From assembly GCA_048937405.1 (NCBI GenBank), contig JBHLNF010000013.1, positions 1 to 64,000 of the forward strand: a stretch of DNA of 64,000 nucleotides, given 5' to 3'. Position 1 is the first letter of the stretch; each line of letters opens with the position of its first letter. A model generated the notes under the pieces. The model was not told the origin of the DNA and ran no database searches. It saw only the letters and a program-made list of their open reading frames with translations. The position numbers and the translations under genes were made by a program. Shown piece after piece: positions 48,063 to 56,833 of this stretch. The DNA comes from Promethearchaeota archaeon (lineage in GTDB: Archaea > Asgardarchaeota > Lokiarchaeia > Sigyniarchaeales > SOKP01).

Positions 48063-48227
48063 TTATTTTGAAGAATGTAAATTCTTTTTAATTTCTTTTC
48101 TTCTAATAATAGAGAGGAATTCTTTAGTATCTGGAAAAACATAGGTAAGACCTTCCCCATCATCATCAACAATAATCTCTTTATAAAATTTGCCTTTAAC
48201 CTTTTCATTCAAATCATTTAAAATCAT
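48063..48227 (-). CDS. small hypothetical protein, 54 aa (not in ORF track)
   Basis: MILNDLNEKVKGKFYKEIIVDDDGEGLTYVFPDTKEFLSIIRRKEIKKNLHSSK; TATA-like TTTTTAT about 27 nt upstream. Confidence 0.55.
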   Translation of the reverse strand: MILNDLNEKVKGKFYKEIIVDDDGEGLTYVFPDTKEFLSIIRRKEIKKNLHSSK

Positions 48228-48332
48228 GAATTAAAAGTATGAGATAAGGCTTCATAAAAATCTATAACATAGTGATAATACATTTATTAGAGTAGTATTA
48301 ACAATAACTTGAGGTAGTAATAACAAGTATAA

Positions 48333-49187
48333 TTAATTTAAAAGAATTTGTTCAAGAAATAAGGTTATCTCTTTGTTGGCTGATTTTCCATGGTTGAACA
48401 TACCATTTAGATATGTATTTAAAAACACTTTGATTTCAAAATTAAGATCTTTGATATCCACATATGTATATTTATGCATCAATTTCTTTTCATCGATCAA
48501 AGGTTTTATATGTTTCTCTATTAAACTTAATGTAAAATTGACAACTGAATTAATAACTTTTTCTTTATCATCTGAAGATAGTTCATAAATACCTTGAATG
48601 GTTTTATTTCTCAAATCATTTAGCTCTATTAAAGCCTTTTCCAACTCTGGTTTAAGGTTTAGCATTTTTATTTTTTTGGCTAAAGATTCATCATTTATAT
48701 TCTCTAATTGAGAATTACAATAATTTTCTAAATTCGCATAGAATCTTACTAAAAGTTTAAATGTATCATTTATTTCATACATGTTTCTCCAGATCTTTAA
48801 ATCTAAACCTTTAAGAGAGGTTTCTATATCCTTTCTAACCTTTTGGGCAGCTAAAGTTAAATATTGAGAATAATCTTCAAATTGAAATCCAAAATAATAG
48901 CTGTTATATTTTTGGTTAATATCTTTTTTAGTAATATTTTGAGATTGAATTTTCTCTTTTTTTACAATCTCCTTTACAAATTTCATTATATAATTGCAGT
49001 TAGGACAATACGTAATCCAAGAGCTAAGAATAACTTCTGCAGGTTTTACACCGTTAGAACTAATGTATCCATTAAAACCTGACAATAATTTACCATCAGA
49101 AGAAAATGTTGCTTCTTCTGGATAAAATGTTCTGGGTACAAAAGTAATACTACAAAGTGGACATTTTAGTTTTTCTTTTTTTTTCAT
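48333..49187 (-). CDS. zinc-ribbon + helical (HEPN-like) domain protein
   Basis: CPLC...CPNC; LNDLRNKTIQG resembles a degenerate RxxxxH. Confidence 0.7.
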   Translation of the reverse strand: MKKKEKLKCPLCSITFVPRTFYPEEATFSSDGKLLSGFNGYISSNGVKPAEVILSSWITYCPNCNYIMKFVKEIVKKEKIQSQNITKKDINQKYNSYYFGFQFEDYSQYLTLAAQKVRKDIETSLKGLDLKIWRNMYEINDTFKLLVRFYANLENYCNSQLENINDESLAKKIKMLNLKPELEKALIELNDLRNKTIQGIYELSSDDKEKVINSVVNFTLSLIEKHIKPLIDEKKLMHKYTYVDIKDLNFEIKVFLNTYLNGMFNHGKSANKEITLFLEQILLN

Positions 49188-49436
49188 AGCACACTAAATC
49201 ATATTTGTAATTATTAATCAATTAATAGCTAAATATCACAATTCATAGCATAATCGTAATATATATATCGAAATAATATGTAGAACATATTTCTCGAAAC
49301 AAAGAATCTTCAATCTGTTTAAAAAAGAAATATATCTGTTTATTACATAATAAGAATAATAATTTAGTTGTAAAATTTTAGTTGGTTTATCACTATAAAA
49401 AGTTTTACAACAAAGAAAAGATATGTAAGATCTAAT

Positions 49437-50543
49437 ATGTTAGAAGATATTGTAAATGTTGATGTTAAAACTCTTGAAAATTTTATGAGTGCTGTTTTTG
49501 AGGGTCTTGGTGTACCTAATAAAGATGCTCAGATTATAGCTAATGTTCTAATTACTTCCGATTTAAGAGGGATTGAGTCGCATGGTATTCAGAGATGTAA
49601 AATGTATTATGACCGTATAAAGGAAGGAATTTATAATCCGATAACAAAAATTGATATTATAAAAGAAGGCCCCACGACGGCTCTTTTAGATGGGAATTGT
49701 GGAATGGGGCATGTAATTGCCTATAAAGCAATGAAGATGGCAATTGAAAAAGCAAAAGAATATGGTTTAGGTGCAATAGCAGTTCGGAATTCTACACATT
49801 TTGGAATAGCGGGTTATTATTCTCTTATGGCAATAAAAGAAGGGATGATTGGGTTAGTAACCACTAATGCTAGACCTTCTATTCCTCCTACGTTTGGAAG
49901 TGAACCAATGTTGGGGACAAATCCATTGACTATTGGAGCTCCAACTGATGAAGATTTTCCTTTCCTTCTTGATTGTGCTACTTCAATTATTCAACGAGGA
50001 AAAGTAGAAGTAAACGCTAGAATTGATAAACCCGTCCAACAAAATACTGTAATTGATGATAAAGGTGAAATAATGACTAATCCTAATGAAATATTAGATA
50101 AAATGTTAAAAAGGGAGGCATCTTTATTACCTTTAGGAGGAAAGGGAGAAGAAACAGCAGGATATAAAGGTTATGGATATGCAACCGTAGTTGAACTTTT
50201 ATCTGCTGCTTTACAAGAAGGTACATATTTAAGAGATACTCTTGGAATCATTGTAGATGGTCAAAAACGATTAAAAGTTGGGCATTTTTTCTTAGCAATT
50301 AATATTAACAATTTCATTGGAATAAATTCTTTTAAAAATACCGCAGGTAATATAATGAGAGATTTAAGAGGTTCAAGAAAGATTCCTGGTAATGAAAGAA
50401 TTTATACTGCTGGAGAAAAAGAATTCCTAGCGGAGAATGAAAGAAGAAACATTGGAATACCTCTCAATAAAAGCATACAAAAAGACATTATTCAAATGCA
50501 GAAAGAGTTAGGATTAGACAATTATAGATTTTCTTTTTCATAA
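49437..50543 (+). CDS. Ldh_2 family malate/L-lactate/L-sulfolactate dehydrogenase
   Basis: DLRGIESHG, VRNSTHFG, GTNPL, GYKGYG, GHFFLAI. Confidence 0.92.
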   Translation: MLEDIVNVDVKTLENFMSAVFEGLGVPNKDAQIIANVLITSDLRGIESHGIQRCKMYYDRIKEGIYNPITKIDIIKEGPTTALLDGNCGMGHVIAYKAMKMAIEKAKEYGLGAIAVRNSTHFGIAGYYSLMAIKEGMIGLVTTNARPSIPPTFGSEPMLGTNPLTIGAPTDEDFPFLLDCATSIIQRGKVEVNARIDKPVQQNTVIDDKGEIMTNPNEILDKMLKREASLLPLGGKGEETAGYKGYGYATVVELLSAALQEGTYLRDTLGIIVDGQKRLKVGHFFLAININNFIGINSFKNTAGNIMRDLRGSRKIPGNERIYTAGEKEFLAENERRNIGIPLNKSIQKDIIQMQKELGLDNYRFSFS

Positions 50544-50608
50544 CAATATATTAAAGCATAAACAAAATACTTAGTTTATTTTTTATAGATAGCAGTAAAA
50601 TTAAAATT

Positions 50609-51460
50609 ATGGTAGTTCAAAGAAAAATAAGTGTCTATCTAATTTTTTTAATAACTGGTTTAATTTTAGGAATTGTAGCTATTTTTTTCTTATATGCATT
50701 TAATTGGGCATTAATAATCGATACTTATCAAACTCATGAAGGGGCTTTAGGTGTTGTCATCGTTATAGGTATTCGAATAATTATTGTTTCATTAATGACA
50801 ATATATACCTTTTATAGTTGGTTTAAACAAGAAAAACAATATTTCTCAGATATGCCTTTTCTTTTCGGGAACTTCTTCTTACTACTTGTATTTGGAAAAT
50901 TATTAGACTTATTTGGTGATTTTTCCTATAATCAAAATGAAGAGTTAAATTTTATAGTACTTAAAGTTCGATATTTTATAGCAATCTTTGATCTCCTCCC
51001 TATGATTTATCTGAGTATTTATATGATTTTAATTTCACTTTCACTTAATGAGAAATATAAAAAATATACAGATGAGAAATTATTAAATAAGATCAAGATT
51101 AGGATTTTAATTTTAATCCTTATGATTGAAATTATTGCAGGAATCATTATTCCAACTATAGAAATATTATCACTCATATATCCAATAATAGTAATTCCTT
51201 CTTTGATTACTATTGCTTGGTTGTTCTATTTTGCTTGGAGAAATCAACGTCTTTCACAAGTTAATACTTATATTCTTATGATTGGATTCAGTCTTTATTT
51301 AATCTCTTCAATTCTTAGATTATTGATACAAATAATTATAGGAGAGTCACCTTTATTTGTTATAATTGCAGAATCAATCGACGTATTAATCTTTATAATT
51401 ATGTTTATAGGCTTCTATAAAGAATCAGATTACTCCGCCCAAGAACAACAAAATATTTAG
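50609..51460 (+). CDS. hypothetical multi-pass membrane protein
   Basis: 283 aa, about 8 TM. Confidence 0.75.
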   Translation: MVVQRKISVYLIFLITGLILGIVAIFFLYAFNWALIIDTYQTHEGALGVVIVIGIRIIIVSLMTIYTFYSWFKQEKQYFSDMPFLFGNFFLLLVFGKLLDLFGDFSYNQNEELNFIVLKVRYFIAIFDLLPMIYLSIYMILISLSLNEKYKKYTDEKLLNKIKIRILILILMIEIIAGIIIPTIEILSLIYPIIVIPSLITIAWLFYFAWRNQRLSQVNTYILMIGFSLYLISSILRLLIQIIIGESPLFVIIAESIDVLIFIIMFIGFYKESDYSAQEQQNI

Positions 51461-53142
51461 GATTTTGATATACTACTACGATATCGTTGAGCTATCACGC
51501 CAACTTTCTCAATTTTCTTCAGTTGTCTGATCTTTCGGCGTTCTTTAATCATAAAATTGATTATATGCTTAGCAAGCCCACCTATTGCAAATCCTGCATT
51601 TCTATCAGTATCTTGAATCATTTTCATTAATTCTCCTACTTTTTTATCACTAATAGGGCGTTTAAATTCATAGGGAATTTTTACTAGTTTTTTTTCTAAT
51701 TCCTTTATATAAGATCTATTCTGAGGTGAGTAATCTTTAATTTTCCAAGGTATTAAATCATTTAATTCTTTCTCTTGATAATCTAATGATCCTGGAACTA
51801 TATACATAGGCGCGGGACGCCATTGTATGGATAATGGTGATTCATTTTGATTCTCTAATTTAACTCTCTTTTGAGAAAAATACTCAATTGTTTTAATTAT
51901 ATTAATGCAATTTTTTATTTCTTCTTCTAGACTACTGAATCCTACTACTAGCATAGCTATAACATTAATACCTGAAGATGTTAAATTTTTGATTGTAGTA
52001 AAATTTTGATTAAGACTTATGCCCTTATTCATTTCTTTTAGATTTTGCTCTGAAAAAGCTTCAAAACCAACCCAAGCATCATTAAATCCCGCTTTAAAAG
52101 CTTTTTTCGCAAGCTCTGGAGAAATATTAGCCCTAAAATGAGTCCCAAAATGCATATTGAAATTTCTCTCATGCATAGCATCACATAATTTCTCAAAATC
52201 TTGAAAATTATCATTTATTAATGATTCTCCAAAGATCATATAAAGAGGTTTAAAATTTTCGATAATTGTTTCAATATCATTAATAACCTTTTCTACTGAA
52301 CGGACTCTAAATCGACAACCAAATAACTTCCACTCTGCACAGAATTTACATCTGTTTGTACAACCCCTTGATCTATATATAGATGCAATCTGGAAATATG
52401 TATCTAATGGAATATTTGTATAATCTGGAGTTGGTAAACTATTAAGATCGAGTTCAATCCCAGGTCTATAATAATATCTCTCGTTATTTGGGTCTATTAT
52501 TAACAATCCCTTAATTTCTTTTAAAGGAGTTTGTTTTGCAATCTCTAATAAGGGTTTTTCTCCTTCTCCAATAACAAGACCATCACACGCACCTAAATGT
52601 AAAAAGAGCTTAAATCCTTCGAAAGATTGAGTAATTGTAGGACCTCCCCAAAAAATTTGAATTTGGGGGTCAAAATTTTTTAATAAGCAAGAGGCTATTA
52701 TTGTTTCTACAACATTTAAATAATCAAGTGAAAATGCTACGCTGGAAAAATTATTGAAAAGTTTCTTTACTATCCTCTTAACATAAATCATCATATCCTT
52801 ATATCTTTTTTGTGTGATTTCTGGTTTTTCGTACAGTCTATTGGAATAATCATTAATTAAATCAACAAATTCATTTTTATCAAAACAGATTTCTTTATTA
52901 GATAGAATATATTCAGTTATAGGAACTAAAATTGGAAAATCTTGATGATTCATAATGAAATTAGGAGGTTTTAATTGAATTAAAGGATCTGAGACTATTT
53001 TTGGTAAATTATATTTATTAGTTCTGAAATTATATACTTTGACTTCAGTATCATGTTGTTTCAAATAAGCTTGTAAGCAAGCTATTCCTAATGGTATTAA
53101 TCTGTTATCTAAGTTTGATATTTTTACTAAGGCAATTGTCAT
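51457..53142 (-). CDS. B12-binding-domain radical SAM protein
   Basis: PLGIACLQAYLK, WGGP, IGEGE, SRGCTNRCKFC, GFE. Confidence 0.9.
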   Translation of the reverse strand: MTIALVKISNLDNRLIPLGIACLQAYLKQHDTEVKVYNFRTNKYNLPKIVSDPLIQLKPPNFIMNHQDFPILVPITEYILSNKEICFDKNEFVDLINDYSNRLYEKPEITQKRYKDMMIYVKRIVKKLFNNFSSVAFSLDYLNVVETIIASCLLKNFDPQIQIFWGGPTITQSFEGFKLFLHLGACDGLVIGEGEKPLLEIAKQTPLKEIKGLLIIDPNNERYYYRPGIELDLNSLPTPDYTNIPLDTYFQIASIYRSRGCTNRCKFCAEWKLFGCRFRVRSVEKVINDIETIIENFKPLYMIFGESLINDNFQDFEKLCDAMHERNFNMHFGTHFRANISPELAKKAFKAGFNDAWVGFEAFSEQNLKEMNKGISLNQNFTTIKNLTSSGINVIAMLVVGFSSLEEEIKNCINIIKTIEYFSQKRVKLENQNESPLSIQWRPAPMYIVPGSLDYQEKELNDLIPWKIKDYSPQNRSYIKELEKKLVKIPYEFKRPISDKKVGELMKMIQDTDRNAGFAIGGLAKHIINFMIKERRKIRQLKKIEKVGVIAQRYRSSISKS

Positions 53143-53229
53143 CTTTTTGATCTTATCTTCTTTTTAAAATACTAATTTAATCACAATTTTGATTCAAATA
53201 TATAAAGAAAAAAATATGTAAATAAGGAA

Positions 53230-54387
53230 TTATAGACGTTTTTGGAAGACATAGTGTTTTCTAACTGGAATACAATGAGGAAATATTGTATCAATTGCTA
53301 GGGAATTATTTGACCAAATAGTTGTACCTTCAAAATAATCAATACCATATAAATTAGCTGTTAATTGTCCAATATTATTAAGAGCAGAGAAAATACCCTT
53401 TCCAAAATATCCTTTTTTTACCATTGCTGTATCCACATTACAACGACTAACTGGATTTCCACCCAATAACTCATATAAGTCTGGAAGTCCCAATAGAATC
53501 CCAACTAAAGCTCCTGTCTTTTTATCAAAAGCCATTGGAGCTAAAGGCTCTATCTTTTCGACGTCACAAGTCTGCAAAGCATCACTGAATTGTGGTATCT
53601 CAGAATTACGTCTTAAACTAAATTCTTTCTGATTTTTATTAAAACATTTAGGGTATCTATTAAAGGCCTCAAAAAATTCATGAATTCTATTGATTCCTGA
53701 TGAATCAGGCATTATTTGATATAATGAATTAGCAGCAAGACTCTCAATATCATCAATATAGTTATAGAGTTCTTCAAGAATAAAATACCTAAATATAATA
53801 TCTTTATCTACTTTTTTTCCTTTTTTCCAAGTTTTTTGAGCAACATGAACACAAGTATATTCTGATTCTTTATAGTATCCTAAGGTTTGCAGATAATCTG
53901 ATATTTTTAAACGTGGGTCAGTAAATGCCACACCATAAAGCATTTGCTCATGAAATCCCATAGTTTGTATACCAATACCTCCTAAACTTTTAGGAAAATT
54001 AATAGGGCCCCTAATTTTTCTAATTTTATTGATTTTAATAAATTCTTCACATAATTCAATCATTTTTTTACACACTTTAAATGAATCTGCAGTTAACCAA
54101 CCAAAGGTACCACATTTTCTACTATAGCTCGTATAATGCGGATGTATACAACATATCACGAATCCAGAAATCTCTCCGTTCTGATATCCAATTATGGGTT
54201 TAAACTTATATTGTGGATCTGATAGCTTATCTTTTAAAAATAAGAAAAGTTCATCAATCAGTTTAGGCTTGATATGAATATCTGGAACATATAATCTTTT
54301 TTCTAATGCTTTTCTTATCTCTTCAAGATCAAAAGTTACTTTTACATTAATTATACCAGTGTTGCGTTTCTCTAATACCTGAACCAA
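53230..54387 (-). CDS. GNAT-fold protein, YghO-like
   Basis: GTFGWL...IRGPIN...GIGIQTMGF...LGYYK; C-terminal VKKGYFGKGI and WSNN. Confidence 0.65.
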   Translation of the reverse strand: MVQVLEKRNTGIINVKVTFDLEEIRKALEKRLYVPDIHIKPKLIDELFLFLKDKLSDPQYKFKPIIGYQNGEISGFVICCIHPHYTSYSRKCGTFGWLTADSFKVCKKMIELCEEFIKINKIRKIRGPINFPKSLGGIGIQTMGFHEQMLYGVAFTDPRLKISDYLQTLGYYKESEYTCVHVAQKTWKKGKKVDKDIIFRYFILEELYNYIDDIESLAANSLYQIMPDSSGINRIHEFFEAFNRYPKCFNKNQKEFSLRRNSEIPQFSDALQTCDVEKIEPLAPMAFDKKTGALVGILLGLPDLYELLGGNPVSRCNVDTAMVKKGYFGKGIFSALNNIGQLTANLYGIDYFEGTTIWSNNSLAIDTIFPHCIPVRKHYVFQKRL

Positions 54388-54563
54388 TTTAAGATCACTT
54401 TAAATTTACAGCATAATATGAAAAATATATTACAGATATTTATAAAGGAAAAAAGAGTTGAGTTGTATTTTTTTAAAACGAATTAATTCTAAATGAATCT
54501 TTACATAGAAAAAGGTAGTGAAAATAAAAACATAGACTATAATATCCTTTGAATTATTCCATA

Positions 54564-55841
54564 TTAATATCCCCAATCTTTCAGGGTTTTAGGTTCAAAA
54601 GAATATTGAAATCCAAGTGATTCTAAAAGACTTTTTCCTTCATCCAATAGTCGAATATTATTGATATCACCTTCATACCAGTTAAATAAAATACAATCCT
54701 CAAATTTATCTGTTTTTTGATTATAATTCCAACTAGGTACATATCCACGTGGATTTAGACCAAATTCAAGGAATATTTGTTGATGAGAAGGTTCATAAGC
54801 AGAAACAAATACTTCACAATAACGAATATTATATATCTCTCCGTAATTTAAAAATTCTTGAACAAATACATAAAGTTCTTCTAAACAGTTCACTTTATAG
54901 TGAGTTTTTTCAAAATTTTGGACTGTGGGAGTAAAAAGGAATTCAAAAAAAGATTGTGAACCCTTAAAAGACAATCTAATAGATTCATATCCGAATTTAT
55001 CTTTTGATATATTTCTTATAAGATTCTTCTGAAATTTTCTTACTTTTTGATTATTTAAATCTAAATTAAGACATCTAGAATCTGCGATTTTATATGATCC
55101 CAAATTATATCGATTATCAGAATAAAAAAACCCATTAAGTGCTTCTGCTATTATTTCGGGGGGATCTGTGCATCTTTTTGTAGTTAACGCTCTTTTATCA
55201 TAGCTTAGGATTAGTAAGTCAGATTCAACCTTATTATAAAAGATATCTTTACATGGATAAAACCCAACAGGTTTAAAACCTAATGCACTGAGAAAATATT
55301 GTGACTTAGAATGAGCAGTTCTGCATTCTCCATACCATCGAAAAATTTTATCATTATATTTTTTATACATTGTAATTATCGAACCCATTGCCATCTTCAT
55401 AATATCTAATTTTCCCAAAAATTTCCTTTTCAAATTAAATCCTCTAATATTTCCCAATTTTTTATCAAAATCAAACATAAAAGTAAAACATCCTACAATT
55501 TCATGTTGGTTGGTTTCAAATATCAACCATTCAATATTCGGACTATCTAACATCTTTTGAATTTCTTCTCTATCCTCCATTTCTTTATAAGGATAAGTAT
55601 TATCATATAAGTCTTTATATATAAAGACAATTTCATCAATATCATCGGATCTTGCCAATCTAATAATTGGATTAATTCTTTTTTTATCGCTTCTCCCTTT
55701 AATCTTTAAATCAACTGAAGTACCTCTCTCAAAATCACTAATAATGATACTCTGGAAAGATTGGAGGAATTGTTGGGTAAATTTCATAAACATATCATCA
55801 AATGAAATAACTGAGGGTGTAACAATTTCTTCTGAAAGCAT
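54564..55841 (-). CDS. double GNAT-fold protein
   Basis: IRLARSDD...YDNTYPY, ECRTAH..SQ..LGFKPVGFYP, second repeat QQIFLEFGLNPRGYVP. Confidence 0.65.
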   Translation of the reverse strand: MLSEEIVTPSVISFDDMFMKFTQQFLQSFQSIIISDFERGTSVDLKIKGRSDKKRINPIIRLARSDDIDEIVFIYKDLYDNTYPYKEMEDREEIQKMLDSPNIEWLIFETNQHEIVGCFTFMFDFDKKLGNIRGFNLKRKFLGKLDIMKMAMGSIITMYKKYNDKIFRWYGECRTAHSKSQYFLSALGFKPVGFYPCKDIFYNKVESDLLILSYDKRALTTKRCTDPPEIIAEALNGFFYSDNRYNLGSYKIADSRCLNLDLNNQKVRKFQKNLIRNISKDKFGYESIRLSFKGSQSFFEFLFTPTVQNFEKTHYKVNCLEELYVFVQEFLNYGEIYNIRYCEVFVSAYEPSHQQIFLEFGLNPRGYVPSWNYNQKTDKFEDCILFNWYEGDINNIRLLDEGKSLLESLGFQYSFEPKTLKDWGY

Positions 55842-56290
55842 AACATACTACCTTTTTTCCTAATTTTACAATTTTTTGAACCATATATCTATTTAATAGA
55901 AAACATTACAATCATATTTAAAAAAAAAAGATAATTTGGTGATTTTTTCTTTTTAATATCAATTTGAATATGATTATCATTTTTTTTAATTAATTGTCTG
56001 ACTCAAAATCCATAATTAATGCACTGTTTTATTATAAAATGATATGTTCAAAGATATTCCGATATAGTGTGGATTGATAAGACTAAAAATTTAATGTATT
56101 AAATCTATTAGATTAATCAATTTTATATTATGATGAATTTGTTTTTTGTTATAATTTGGAGTTCAAATTAAATTCTTATCAACAAGAAAGTGAAATTTAA
56201 TTTTTATAAGCAATAGATATAAATTTCAAATTAGGTTTTTAAAATATGGAAATATTAAAATGTTCTATACTTTTAATGAATTTAAACTAT

Positions 56291-56413
56291 GATTTGCTCC
56301 CACCCCATACCCTGGATTTTTGTCTTTTGGTAGTGTAGTTTTCTACACTCTGATTTCGCCCTCCTCCTTACTATTTTTGGCGCGTATTTGCGTTAGTGGG
56401 GCGGGAGTAGATC
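56291..56413 (+). ncRNA. unassigned structured RNA candidate (123 nt)
   Basis: GC-rich island in AT-rich intergenic DNA; 17-bp terminal stem GATTTGCTCCCACCCCA/TGGGGCGGGAGTAGATC, internal hairpins, T-tracts downstream. Confidence 0.65.
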
Positions 56414-56511
56414 TACCTTTTTAAGTAAAGAGATCCATTTTCCTCTTTATCCCTTTTTTCCTTTAAATTAAAGTAAGTTACCTTAATTTCATAATAAATA
56501 GAAAGTGATAG

Positions 56512-56817
56512 ATAATCGTAATCGTTTTTGGGAAAATAAAAGATGAACAGAAGGTTAAACAACAAACTCAGAAAGTCACTTGTCCCATGTGTCAGCAGAG
56601 TATAGATCTTGGAATAGAATTAAATATTATGAAGAAAAAAGATACATCTATTTATTTTCCTCATATTCATTTACATGGGGATCCTTTGCATGCCTTAATT
56701 TGTTATTTGAATTCAGAATTAATTGTAAGAAATATAGGTGTTATCCAGAGTATAGAAATTGCTCGTAATTCAGAGACTTTTAGACAACTCATGAAGAAAT
56801 GGACAAATCCCTACTAA
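56512..56817 (+). CDS. small CxxC/His-rich protein
   Basis: ..KVTCPMCQQ..FPHIHLHGDPLHALICY..VR. The CxxC straddles the track ATG (56587), so the start is an upstream ATA/ATC. Confidence 0.7.
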   Translation: MIVIVFGKIKDEQKVKQQTQKVTCPMCQQSIDLGIELNIMKKKDTSIYFPHIHLHGDPLHALICYLNSELIVRNIGVIQSIEIARNSETFRQLMKKWTNPY

Positions 56818-56833
56818 AAGGTGATTTAAAAGC

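Noticed and set aside
56291-56413. 5S rRNA, tRNA-Sec or cobalamin riboswitch
   Set aside because: The size fits 5S, but loop C (CCGAAC), the TPsiC arm and B12-box motifs are all absent on both strands.
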